Assembly: GCF_009914755.1 (NCBI RefSeq)
Contig: NC_060933.1
Length of the DNA stretch: 64,000 bases
Reading direction: 5' to 3' (one strand)
Source of the DNA: the human T2T-CHM13v2.0 reference genome, Homo sapiens
Shown here: piece after piece, positions 43,533-59,100 of the stretch
How the letters are laid out: every line of letters starts with the position of its first letter
Position numbering within the stretch: the stretch's first letter is position 1
Made by a program: the position numbers and the translations under genes
Notes under the pieces: generated by a model
Databases searched by the model: none
What the model was told of the DNA's origin: nothing
The model's input: only the letters and a program-made list of their open reading frames with translations

Positions 43533-46500
43533 ACTACTTGTGGTATTCACAGTAATATCATTGTCTCCCCCATTGGATATTAGGAACAATTTCACAAGGG
43601 GGGTGTACACCTCTTGTGATATTGGGAGTAATATCATCCGTTTTCCCCATTGATATTAGGAAAAATATCACAGAAAAGGTGTACACCCCATGTGGTACTG
43701 GAAGTAGTATAATCCTCTCCTTTCCTAAATATTAGAAACTATATCACAGAATAAGTGTACACCTTCTCGGAAATTGGGAGTAACATCATCCTCTCCACTG
43801 CTCGATGTTAGGAACAATATTGCAGAGTGGGGGTGTACACCCCCTGCGATTTTGGGAGTAATATTATCTTCTCCGCCCCGACCCCAGATATTAGGAACAA
43901 TATCACAGGAAGGTGTACACCCCCTTCGCTATTGGGAGTAATATCATCCTCTTTCTCCTTGGATATTAGGAACAGTATTACAAGATGGTGTGTACATCCC
44001 CTGCGATATCGGAAATAATATCATTCTTTCTCCCTCTTTATTTTAGGAACAATATCACAGGGGTTGTGTACACCCCCTGCGTTATTGGAATTAATGTCAT
44101 CCTCTTACTGGATACTAAAAACAATATCACAGGAGGGGCGTACGCCCCCTGAGATATTGGGAGTAATATCATTTCTTCCCCCCTGGATATTAGAAATAAT
44201 ATCTTCGGGGGTGCACTCCCCCAGTGATATTGGGAGTAATATCATCCTCTCCCCCCTGGATATTAGAAATAATATCACAGAAGGGATGTCCACCCCCTGC
44301 AATATTGGGTATAGTATCACCCTCTCCAAACCTGGATAGTAGGAACAATGTCACAAGGGAGGTGTACACCCCCTGCTATGTTGGGGGTAATATCATCCTC
44401 TGCACCCCTGGACAGTAGGAACAATATCTCAGGTGGTGGTTACACCTCTTGCGATATTGGGAGTAATATCATTCTGTCCCCACCTGGATATTAGGAACAA
44501 TATCACGGGGGGGTGTAAACCCTCTTCAATATAGGGATTAATATCATCCTCTCCCCTGTGGGATATTAGGAGCAGTATCACAGGGGGTTGTACACCTCCT
44601 GCGATATTGACAGTAATATCATAGTCTCTCTCTATAAATATTAGAAACAATATCACAAGGGGGTGTACGCCTCCTGCGATATAAGGAGGAATATCATCCT
44701 CTCCCTCCAGGGATATTAGGAACAATATCACAAAAGTGTGTACACCCAATGCAATATTGGAGTAGTATCATCCCCTCCCTCAAATATTAGGAGCAATATC
44801 ACAAAGGGAGTGTACATCCCCTGCGATATTGGGAGTAATGTCATGCTCTTCCCTCTGTATTTTAGGAACAATACCACAGGGGGTTTGTACCCCATCTTCA
44901 ATATTGGAAGTAATATCTACCTGTCCCCACGTGGATATTAGAAACAATATCCCAGGGGGTCTGTACACCCCCATCAATATTGGGAGTAATGTCATCCTCT
45001 CTCCCCTGGATACTAAAAACAATATCACGGGGGGGGGGTGTACACCCCCTGCGATTTTGAGAGTAATAGCCCCAAATATCGCAGGGGTTGTACAGCCCCC
45101 CTTTGATATTGTTCCTAATATCCAGGGGGGGAGAGGATATTACTCCCAGTGTTGCAAGAGGTGTACATTTCCCTGTGATATTGTTCGTAATATCCAGGGG
45201 TATATTAAACCCAATATGGAAAGGGTTGTACACACCCCTGTGATATTTTTCCTAATATTCAGCGGGGGGAGGGGGGAAGAGACTGATATTACACCCTTCC
45301 TGTGATATTGTTCCTAATATCTATGGGGGGAGAAAGTAATATGACACCTAATATCGCAGAAAGTGTACACCCCTTCTGTGATATTGTTTCTAATATCCAG
45401 GCGGGAGAGAGGATAATATTACTTCCAAAATCGCAGGGAGAGTACAATTCCCCTGTGATATTGTTCCTAATATCTAGGGATGGAAAGGATAATGTTACCC
45501 TCAATATCACATGTGGCTTTTAATAACCAGGGCTGGGAGAGAGGGGTGATATTACTTTCCATACGGATGGGGTGGACACCCCCTGGCATATGGCTTTTAA
45601 TACCCAGGGGGTGAGAGGGGGCTGATGTTACTCCCCATATGGTGAGGGGTGGACACCCCCCTGGCATATGGCTCTTAATACCCATGGAGAGAGACAGGGG
45701 TGATATTACTCCCCATATGGCAGGGAGTGGACAGCCCCCTGGCATATGGCTCGTAATACTCAGGGTGGGGAGGGGGGGTGATATTACTCCCCATATGGCG
45801 GGGGGTGGACGTTCCCCTGCGATATTGGGAATAATATCACCCCCCTCTCCACCGCTGGATATTACAAACTATATGGCAGGTGGGGTGTACACACCCTGCA
45901 GCTTTGGGACTAATATTATCCTCCTCTCTGTTTTTGAATATTAAGTGTAATATTACAGGTGGGATGTACACCCCCAGCGTTATTGGGGGTAATATCATTT
46001 TCTCCCCCCTTGGATATTAGCAACAATATCACAGAGGTGGTTTACAACTGCTGCAATATTGAAATTAATATCATCCTGTCCTTACCTAAATATTAGGAAC
46101 AATATCTTTGGGGTGGTGTACACCCCTTGCAATATTGAAAGTAATAACATCCACTCCGCCTTCCCGTGATTATTAATTACAAGTCACAGGGATGTGTACA
46201 ACCCCTCGGATATTGTAAGTAATATCATCCTCTCCTCCCCTGTATGTTAGGAAGAATATTACAGGGGTGTGTGTACATCCTCTGCGACATTGGGAGTAAT
46301 ATCATCTTCTCCGCCCTGAATATTAAAAACAATTTCACAGGGGATTGTACACTCCCCGCGATATTTAAAGTAATATCATATTCTTCTTCCCTGGGTATTA
46401 AGAACAATATTACGGGGGGGTGTACACCCCCTGCGATATTGGATGTAATATCACCCTCTCTTTCCCTGGATATTAGGAACAATATCAGGCCGGGGGTGTA

Positions 46501-49500
46501 CAACCACTGCGATATTGGGAGTAATATAATCTTCTTTCGCCCCTGGATATTAGGAACAATATCACAATGGTGGTGTGCACAGCCTCCGCTCTTGGAAGTA
46601 ATATCAACCTCTGCCCCCCGTGAATATCAAAAACAATATCACAGGAGGAGTGTGCAGCCGCAGCACTATTGGGAGTAATATCATCCTCTTTCCCACTGGA
46701 TATTAAAAACAATATTTCAGGAGGTGTGTACAACCCCTGCGATATTGGGAGTAATAACACCTTCTTACCCATTGGATATTGAGAACAATATCACAAAGGA
46801 GGTGTACAAACTTTGCGATATTGTGTGTAATATTAACCTCTCCCAACCTGGATATTAGGAACAATATCATGGGGGGTGGTGTACACCCTTTGTGGTATTC
46901 ACAGTAATATCATCGTTTCCCCCATTGGCTATTAGGAACAATATCACAAGGTGGGTGTACACCTCCTGTGATATTGGAAGTAATATCATCCTTTCCCCCC
47001 GTGGATATTAGGAACAATATCGCAGAAAAGGTGTACACCCACTGTGATATTGGAAGTAATGTCATCCTCTCCTTTCCTAAATATTAGAAGCTATATCACA
47101 GAAGAAGTGTATATCTTCTTGGAAATTGGGAGTCATCCTCTCCACTGCTCAATATTAGAAACAATATCACAGGGGGGTGTACAGCCCCCCTGCGATATTG
47201 GGAGTAACATCATCTTCTCCCCCCCGGATATTAGGAACAATATCGCAGGAAGGTGTACATCCTTTTCGCTATTGGGTTGGGAGTAATATCATCCTCTCCC
47301 TCCCTGGATATTAGGAACAATGTCCCGAGGGGGTGTACAACCCCTGCGATATTAAGAGTAATATCATCCTCTTTCACCCTGGAATTTGGAACAATATCAC
47401 AGGGGGAGTGTACACTCCCTGCGATATTGAGCGTAATGTAACTCCCAATTTGAATATTAGAAAAAATATCAGGAAGGAGTTACACCCTGTGTGATATTGG
47501 GAGTAATATCATCTTCTCCCCGCACCGGACTGTAGGAACAATACCGCAGGGTGGGTGTGTACACTCCATTCAAAATTGGGAGTAATATATTACTCCACCT
47601 TCTGGATATTAAGAGCAATATCACATGGGGGTGTACACATCCTGCAATACTGGGAGTGATATCATTCTTTTTCCCACCCTGGATATTAGAAACAATATCA
47701 TGGGATGGTGTATTCCCTCTTGTGATATTGACAGTTATATGATTTCTCCATCCTTGGATATTTGGAACAATACCACGAGAGGGGTGTACAAACTCTGCGA
47801 TATTGGGAGGAATAGCATCCCAACCTGGATATTAAAAACAGTATCACAGGGGGGCTGTACACTCCCTGTGATATTGGGAGTTATATCATCCTCTCCCTAT
47901 TTGGATATTAGGAAAAATATCACAGTGCGGGTGTACAACCCCTTCAATATTGGGTGTAATATTATCCCCTCTCCCCCTGGATATTAGAAACAATATCACA
48001 GGTATGTGTACACCCATTGCGACATTGAAAGTAATATCATTCTCTCCCCCCATGGATATTAAGAAGAACATCAGACGGGGTATGTACACCTTCTGCGATA
48101 TTGAGAGTAATATCACCCTCTCCCTTTTGGATATTAAAAAGAATATCACAGGGGGTGTGTACTCCTCCTTCGATATTGGTGGTAATATCATCCTCTCCCC
48201 TACTTGATATTAGAAACAATATCACAGAAGGGGTGTACACCTTTTGTGATACTGGGAGTAATATCATCATCTCCTCTTCTAAATATTAGGAACTGTATCA
48301 AAGGAGTAATGTACACACCCTACGATATAAAGAGTAATATCATTCTTTCTCCACCTGGATATTAGGAACAATATCACAATATTAGAAGTAATATCATCCT
48401 CTAACCCCTGGATATTAGGAACAATATCGGGGGTGGACATATCCTGTGATATTGGGTGTAATATTATCCTTTATGCCTCTGGATATTAAGAACAGTATCA
48501 CAGGAAATGTGTACACCTTCTGCGCCATTGGGAGTAATATCATTTTCTCCCCCCATGGATATAAGAAACAATATAATGGGGGGGAGTGTACACCCCCTGC
48601 GATATTCGAAGTAATATTATCGTCTTTCATTGTGAATATTAGGAACAATATCCCAAAGACGGGGTGTAACCCCCCTGCGATATTGGGTGTAATATCATTC
48701 TTTCCTTCCCTGTATATTAGGAACAATATCAGAGGAAGCCTGTACCCCCCCCCCCCTGCGATATTGGAATTAATACCATCTCCCTTACTGGATATTAAAA
48801 GCAATATCGCAGAGGGAATGTAGGGGGTGTACACCCCCTGTGATATTGTGAATAATATTATATACTTTCAACCTCGATATTAGGATCTATATCACAGAGG
48901 AGGTGTAGACTCTCTGCGATATTGGGAGTAATATTATCCTCTCCCCCTTTGGATATTAAAAACAATATCTCAGGGGGGTGCACACCCTCTGCAATATTGG
49001 AAGTAATGTCATCCTCTGCCCCCCTGTATAATAGAAAAAATATCACAGATGGGGTGTACACATTCTGCGACATTGGGGGTAGTATCACTTTCTCTGAACC
49101 TGGATATTAGGAACAATATCACAAGGTGGGTGTACACCCCCTGCGGTATTGGTAGTAATATCATCCTTTTTCTCCCTGGACAGGACAATCTATATGACAG
49201 AGGGGCGTACACTCCCTCTGATATTGGGGGTGATAACATCCTCTCACCCCTGAATATTAGGAACACTATCACATTTGGCGTGTACATCCCCTGCCATACT
49301 GGAAGTAACATCATTCTCTCTTCCCATGGTTATTAGGAACAATATCTCAGGCGGTGTGTACACCTCCTGCGATATTGGGAATAATATCATCCTGTCCCCA
49401 CCTGGATATATTAGAAACAATATCACGGGGGGGTATACACCCTCTTCAATATTGGGAGGAATTTCATCCTTTTCCCCCGGGGATATTATAAACAATATCA

Positions 49501-52500
49501 CAGGGGGGTGTACATCCTTTGCGATATTGACAGTCATATTATCGTCTCCCCCCTTGAATATTAGGAACAATATCACAAGAGGGGTGTATGCCCCCTACGA
49601 TATTGGAAGCAATATCATCCTCTCCCCCCTGGGATATTAGGAAAAATATCACAGAGGGGTGTACACCCCCTGAGATATTGGTAGTAGTATCCTCTCACCC
49701 TAAATATTAGAAACAATATCACAAAGGGGGTGTACACCTCCTGGGATATTGGGAGTAATGTCAACTTCTACCACCTAGATATTAGGAACAATTTCACAGG
49801 AAGTGTGCACACCACCTGGAATATTGGAAGTAATATCAACCTTTCCTTACCTGGATATTAGGAAAAATATCAGGGGGTTTACACCCCCTGCGATATTGGG
49901 AATAACATCATCTTGTCTACTACTTGATATTAGGAACAATATCGAAGGTGGTGTACACACCCTGCGATATTGGGAGAAATATTACCTTCTCCCCCTGGGA
50001 TATTATAAACAATATCATGGGGGTGGTGTACACCCTCTGAGATGTTGGGAGTAATATCATCTTCCCTTTCCCTGGATATTAGGAACAATATCACAGAGGT
50101 GGTGTACATTTTCTGCTAAATTTGGAGTAATATCATCCTCTTTTAACCTGGATATTAAAAACAATAGCACAGGGGAGGTGTACACCCCCTGCGATATTGG
50201 GAGTAATAACATCCTCTCCCCACCTGGATATTAGGAACAATATCACAATATCACAATATTACAGTTGGGATGTATTATTCCCAACATTTTGCAATGTTGG
50301 GAATAATATCCTCTTCTTTCCCCCTGGATATGAGGAAGATTATCACAGGGCTGATAAACACCCCCTGCCACATTTGGAGTAATATCAACACCCCCGGATA
50401 TTAGGAACAATATCACATTGGTGTGTACACCCCTTGCCATATTGAAAGTAATATCATCCTTTCCCCCACTGGATATTAAGAGGAATATCACAGGGGTGTG
50501 TACAACCTCTGCAATATTGGAAGTAATATCATCCTCTCTACCCTGGATATTAAATATCACAGGAAGTGTGTACCCCCCCTGCAATATTGGGGCTAATGTT
50601 ATCCTCTGCCCCCCTGGATATTAGACACAATGTCACAGGGGTGGTGTACATCCCATGTGATATTGGGAATAGTATCATCCTCTCCCCCTGGAATGCTAGA
50701 TAGAATATCACAGAGTGGTATATACCCCCTGTGATATTGGTAGTAGTATCATCCTCTCACCCTTAAATATTAGGTACAAAATTACAAAGTGGGTGTACAC
50801 TCCCTGCGATATTGGAAGCAATGTCATGCTCTACCCCCTAAATATTAGGAACAATACCACAGGGGGTGTGTACACCACCTGCAATATTGGAAGTAATGTC
50901 AACCTCGTTCCACCTGGATATTACAAACAATATCACACGGGTGGTGTACACCCACTTTGATATTGAGAGTAATATCATCCTCTCCCCCCTAAATATTAGG
51001 AACAGTATCACAAAGGGTGTGTACACCCCCTGTGATATTGGGAGTAATGTCATCCTCTCCTCCCTGTATATTAGGAAAAATACCTCACGAGGGTGTACAC
51101 CCCCTGCGATATTGGGAGTAATATTATCTTCCCCCCGGATATTTGGACCAATATCACAAAAGGGTGTACCCACCCTGTGATATTGGGGGTAATATTATCT
51201 TCTTCTCCCCCGGATATTACAAACTATATCAAAAGGGGAGTGTACACCCTCTGTGATATTGGGAGTAAGATCATTCTTTTTCATTCTGGATATTAGGAAC
51301 AATATTACACGGGGGGTGTACACCCACTGTGATATTGGGAGTAATATTTTCTTCTTCCTCCCTGGATATTAAAAATAATATCACAAGGGTGGTGTACATC
51401 TTCTGCGACATTTGGAGTAATATCATCCTCTCCCAACTTGGATATTAAAAACGTTATCACAAGGGAGGTGTACATCCCCTGCCATATTGGTAGTAATAAC
51501 ATCCCCTTCCACCCTGATATTAGGAACAATATCACAGGGGCGTGTACACCCCTTGCAATATTAAGAGTAATAACATCTTCTCTCCACCTGGGTATATGGA
51601 AGAATATCACAGGGTGGGTGTACACCTACTGCGATATTAGGAGTAATATAATGCTCTCACCCTCTAAATAGTAGGAACAATATTACATTGATGTGCACAT
51701 TCTTTGTGATATTGAAAGTAATATCATCCTTTCCGCCCCCTGGATATTACGAAGAAGATCACAGGTTGGTGTACACCTTCTGCGATATTGGGAGTAATAT
51801 CCTCTCCTCCCTGGATATTAAAAACAGTATCACGGGATGTGTGAAACCTTCCTGCGATATTAAGAGTAATATCCTCCTCTCACCCGCTGGATATTAGGGA
51901 TGAAATCACAGGGACGTAATATCATCTTCTTCCCCTCTGGATATTTCTAGGAATAATATCACAGGAGGGTTGTACACCTCCTGCGATATTGGAGTAATAT
52001 CATTCTGTCCCCCCTGAATAGCGGGAACAATATCACAGGAAGAGTGTACATTCCCTGCAATATTGACAATAATATCATCCTCTTCCCCCTTGGATTAGGA
52101 ACAACATCATAAGGGGGGTGTACACCCTCTTCGATATTGGGAGGAATATCATCCTTTCCTTCCCTGGATATTAGGACAATATAACAGGGTTAAGGTACAC
52201 CCCCTGCAATATTGGGAGTAATGTCATTCATTCCTTATAAATATTAGGAACAATATCCCAAAGAGTTTGTACACCCCCTGCGATACTGGGAGTCATCTCA
52301 TACTCTCCCCTCTGGATATTATGAAAAATGCCACAAGGGGTGTGAACATCCCCTGCAATATTGGGAGTAATATCAACCTCTTCCCTTCTGGATATTAGGA
52401 CCAGTATCAGAGTGTGTACACACACTGCGATATTGGGAGTAATATCATCCTATTTCCACCTGGATATTAAATACTATATCACAAGGGAAGTGTACACTTC

Positions 52501-52622
52501 CTTCAATATTGGGTGTAATATTATCCTCTCCCACCTTGGATATTGGGAACAATATCATACCGAGTTGTACACCCTCTGCAATATTGGAAGTAATATCATC
52601 TTCTCCCCCGCCTGCATATTAG

Positions 52623-53124
<502 letters not shown>

Positions 53125-56100
53125 GGTAATATCATTTTTACCCTCCAAAATATTAAAAACAATATCACCTGGGGGGTGTACATCCTCTGCGATATTGAAA
53201 GTAATATCATCTTCTCCCCATTTGAATATTAGGAACAATATACCAGGGGTTTGTACACTCCCTGCGATATTGGAAGTAATATCATCCTCTCCCCCCTTGA
53301 ATATTAGGAACAATATCTCGGGGGGGGTGTACACACTCTGAGATATTGGGAGTAATATTATCTTCTCCCTCCCTGCATATTAGGAACAATATCACAGGGT
53401 TTGGGTACACCTTATGCGATTTTGGGAGTAATATCATCCTCTCTCACCCTGGATATTAGGAACAATATCACAGGGGAGGTGTACACCCCATGCATTATTG
53501 AGAATAGTATAATCCTCTCCCCCCCCCGGATATTAGAAACAATATTACAGGTGGGTGTACACCCCTGCAATATTGGGAGTAATATCGTCTTCTCTCTCTC
53601 CCCCTGGATACGAGGAAGAATATCACAGGGTGGGTGTACACCCCCTGTGATATTTGGAGTGATATCATCCTCTCCCCTCCTGGATATTAGGAACAATATA
53701 TCGCATTGATGAATACACCGCCTGCAATATTGAAAGTAATATCATTCTTCCCCCCATGGATATTAGTAATAATAGCACAGGGGTGTGTACACCGTCTGTA
53801 ATACTGGGAGTAATATCATCCTCTCCTCCCTGGATTTTAAAAACAATAGCACAGGAAATGTGTACCCCTCTGCAATATTGGGAGTAATATCATCCTCTCC
53901 CCTCACGCATATTAGGGACAATATCACAGGGTGTGTACACCTCCTGCGAAATTGGGAGTAATATCATCCTTCTCCCCTCTGGATATTAGGAACAATATCA
54001 CAGGGGGAATGTACACCTCCTGCAATATTGGAATAATATCATGCTCTCCCCACCTGAATATTAGAAACAGAATCACAGAAGGATTCTGTACACCCCTTGC
54101 GATATTGAGAGTAATATCGTCCTCCCTTCCTCAGAATATTAGAAACAATATCACGGGGGGGGTGTATAGCCCCTGCAATATTGGGAATTATATCATCCTC
54201 TGCCCCTCTAAATAGCAGGAACAATATCAAAGCGGGAGTGTACACCCTCTGCGATATTGATAGTAATATCATCGCCTCCCCACTTTGATATTAGGAACAA
54301 TATCACAAAAGGGGTGTACACCCCCTGTGATATTGGGAGTAATATTATCCTCTCTCCTCCTAAATATTAGAAACTATATCACAGGGGTGGTGTACACCCC
54401 TTGCAATACTGGAAGTAGTATCATTCTCTCCCTCCTAAATATTAGTAACAATATCCCAAAGAGGGTGTACACACCCTGTGATATTGGGAGTAATATCATC
54501 TTCTCCCCACATGGATATTAGGAACAATATCACAGGGATGTGTGCACCCCCTGAGATATTAAAAGTAATATCATCCTCTTCCCCCGTCGATATTAGGAAC
54601 AGTATTACAAGGTGGTGTGTACATCTCCTGAGATATTGGGAGTGATATCCTTTCTTCCCCTGTATATTAGGAACAGTATCACAGGGGGCGTGTACACCTT
54701 CTGTGTTATTGGAATTAATATCATCCTCTCTCTTACTGGATATTAAAAACAATATCACAAGAGGGGCGTACACCCCCTGAGATGTTGAGTGTAATATCGT
54801 ATTCTTTCGGCCTCGATATTAGGAACAATAGCACAAAAAACTGTCCACTCCCTGCGATACTGGGAGTAATGTCATCTCTTTCCCCCCTGGATATTAGAAA
54901 TAATATCTTCAGGGATGCTCACCCCTTGCGATATTGGGAGTAACATTATCCTCTCCTACCTGGATATTAGAAAAAATGTCGCAGAAGTGGTGTCCACCCT
55001 CTGCAATATTGGGTGTAGTATCATCCTCTCCAAACCTGGATAGTAGGAACAATGTCACAAGGGAGGTGTACACCCTCTGCAATATTGGGAGTAATAGCAT
55101 TCTCTTCCTCCCGGACAGTAGGGACTATATCACAGGGGGTTTTGTGATATTTGGGAGTAGGATCATCCTCTCCCCTGGATATTAGCAACACTATCATATT
55201 TAAGGTGTACACCACCTGCCATATTGGAAGTAACATCATCCTCTTTTCCCGTAGTTATTAGGAACACTATCTCAGGCGGTGTGTACACCTCCTGCGATAT
55301 TGGGAGTAATATCATCCTGTCCCCAACTGGATATTAGGAACAATATCACGGGGAAGTGTACACCCTCTTCAAAATAGGGAGTAATATTATTTTCTCTACC
55401 CCGGAATATTAGGAAGAGTATCACAGGGCGTTATACACCCCCTGCGATATTGACAGTAATATCATAGTCTCCCCCTTTAAATGTTAGGAACAATATTACA
55501 AGGGGGTGTATGCCCCCTGTGATATAAGGAGGAATATCATCCTCTACCTCCTGGGATATTTGGAACAATATCACAAAAGGGTGTACACCCAATGTGATAT
55601 TAGTAGTAGTATCATCCTCTCACCCCTAAATATTAGGAGTAATATCCCAAAGGGAATGCACAATCCCTGTAATATTGGGAGTAATGTCATCCTCTACCCC
55701 TTGGATATTAGGAGCAATATCACAGGGGTTGTGTACCCCACCTTCAATATTGGAAGTAATGTCAACCTCTCCCCACCTGGATATTAGGAACAATATCACG
55801 GGGTCAGTACACCCCCATTGATATTGGAAGTAATATCATCCTCTAGCCCCTAAATATTAAGAACAATATCACAATATCACAAAGAGGATCTACAGCCCCT
55901 GTGATATTGAGAGTAATATCATCCTCTCCCCCTTGAGTATTAAAAAAAATCACAGGGATGTGTATAACCTCTGCGATATTGAAAGTAGTATCATCGTCTC
56001 CTCCCCTGGATATTAGGTAGAATATCACAGGTGGTGTGTACACCTGCTGGGATACTGGGAATAATATCATCCTCTCTCCCCTGGATATTAAAAACAATAT

Positions 56101-59100
56101 CACGGGGGGGTGTACACTCCCTGTGATACTGGGAGTAATATCATCCTCTCCCCCCTAAATATTAGGAACAATATAACGGGGGGGGGTGTACACTTCCTCG
56201 GCATTGGGAGTAATATCATCTTCTCCCCCTCTGGATATTAGGAACAATATCACAGAGAGGGTGTACAATTCCAGCTATGTTAAGAGTAATATCTTTTTCT
56301 CCCCCACTGAATATTAGAAACAATATTATAGGAGAGCTGTACACCAACTGTGATATTGGGAATGATATCATTCTCTACCCCCTGAATATTAGGAACAATA
56401 TCACTGGGGGTTGTACACCACTTGTGATATTGGAGGTAATATAATTCGCTCTTCCCCAGGATATTAGGAACAATATCATAAAGGGAGTACACTCCCTGCT
56501 CTATTGAGAGAAATATTATTTTCTCCCCATCTGGATATTAGGAACAATATCACATATCATCCCCTTCCAACCTGGATATTAGAACAAATATTACCCCCTA
56601 CGAGATGGGAGTAATATCATCCTCTACTTCCTGGATATTAAAAAGAATATCACAAAGGGAGTGTACACCCCTGCGATATTGGGAGTAATATCATACTCTC
56701 CCCTCCTGGGTATTAGGAACCATATCGAAAAAGGGGGTGAACACTCCCTGCTATATTGGGAATAGCAGCATCCTCTCCATGCCTGGATATTAAAAACAAT
56801 ATCATGGGGGTGAGGTTTACACTCCCTTCGATATTTGTATTAATATTATCCTCTCTTCCACTGAATATTGGGAGCAATATCACAGGGTAGGTGTAAACCC
56901 CCTGTGATAGTTACAGTAATATCGTCATTTCCCACATTGAAAAATACTAATATCACAAGTGAGGTTTACACTCCCTGCGATATAGTGAGTAATATTATCC
57001 TCTCAATTTTTAATATTAGGAACAATACACAGGGGGGATGTACACTGTGATATTGGGAATAATATCATCTTCTTCCTCACTTGTTACTAGGAAAAATATC
57101 ACAGGGGTGTGTATGCCTCCTGAGGTATTGGGAGTAATATCTTATACACCCCCACCCCCAGCGATTTTGGCAGTAATATTGTCATCTTCCGCCCTGGATA
57201 TTAGGAACAATATCACAAAGAGGGCATACACATCCTGCGATATTGGGAGTAATATTATCCTCTGCCCCCCTCGATATTAGGAACAATATCACAGGGAGGG
57301 TGTACATGGCCCGTAATATTGGGAATATTATCCTCTCACCCATAGGATACTAGGAACATTATTATAGGGATCTGTAAACCCCTTGTGATACTGGGAGTAA
57401 TGTCATCCTCTCCGCCCCTGGATATTAGGAACAATATCACAGAGGGGGTGTACACCTCCTGCGCTATTGGGGATAATATTGTCGTCTCCAGCCGTGGATA
57501 TTAGGAACAATATTACAAAATAGGTATACAACCCTGTGATAGTGGAATTAATATCCTTTGTTCTCCCCCTGGATATTATAAACAAAATCACGAGGGGGGA
57601 GGTGTACACCCCCTGCGATATTGGAAGTAATGTCATCCTCTTTCCTCCTGTATATCTTGAAACGTATCACAGAAGAACTGTACAGTTTCTCTGATATTGA
57701 GAATAATATTCTCCTCTCCTCCACTCGATATTAGAAACAATAACGCAGGTGGGGTGTACCCCCTCTGTCATACTGGGAATAATATCATTGTCTCCCCCCC
57801 CATGGATATTAGGAACAATATCACAGGAAGGTGTACACTTCCTGTGCTATTGGGAGTAATATCATCCTCTCACCCTCTCTATATTAGGAACAATATCTTA
57901 GGGAGTGTGTACAATCCCTGTGATATTGGGAGTAATATCCTCTCCCCCGCTAAATATTAGGAACAATATTACGGGGCAGTGTACACCCCCAGCGATATTG
58001 AACGTAATATAACCCTCTTCCAACCTGGTTATTACAAACAATATCACAGGGGCGATGTGCATTCCCTGTAATACTGGGAGTAATATCAACTTCTCCCCCC
58101 ATCCCGGGGCAGTTGGAACAATATTACAGAGGGGGTTTACACCTTCTGTGATATTGGGAGTAATAGCATTCTCTCCCTTCTGATTATTAGAAACAATATT
58201 ACATGAAGGGTTTACACCTCCTACAATAGTAAGAGTAATATCCCCTTCCTCCACCCTCGCATATTAGTAAAAATATCAGCGGGCTGTATACCCCCCGTGA
58301 AATGGACAGTAATATCATCTTCTCCCTCCTTGGATATTAGAAGAAATATCACACGGGAGGCATACACCCCCTTCGATATTGGGAGTACTCTCATCCTCTC
58401 CCCACCTGGATATTACTAACAATATCACAGGGGGATGTACACCTCCTAAGATATTGGGTGTAATATCCTCTTCCCACCTGGATATTGGCAACAATATCAT
58501 AGGGGGTGTGTACATTCCCTGCGATATTGAGAGTAATATCATCCTCTCCCCCCTAAATATTAAAAACAATATCACAGAAATGGTGTACACCCCCTGCAAT
58601 ATTGGTAGTAATATCAGCATCTCTCCCCCTTGGATATTGGAAACAATATCACAGAAGGGGTGTACACTCCCTGGGATTTTAGGAGTTATATCATCTTTTC
58701 CTCCATTGATATTAGAACTATAAAAAGGAGTGGTGTACACACTCTGCAATATTAAGAGTAATATTCTCTCCCCACCTTGATATTAGGAACAATATCACAG
58801 GGGGAGTGTACATCTCCTGTGCTATTGGGGGTAATATCTCTATTACCCATAATACTGGAGGTGTACATCTCCCCTGTGATACTAGGAACAATATTACAAG
58901 GAGGATATACACCCCCTGCAATATTGGAAGTAACATCCTCCTCTCTCCCCCTGGATATTAGGAACAATATCACAGGGGGTGTGAACAACCCTGTGATATT
59001 GTTCGTAATATTCAGGGGAAAAGATATTATTTTTGATAATGTAAATACCCTGTGTGTACAACATCGGTGATATTGTTTGTAATATCCAGGGGTAGAGAAG

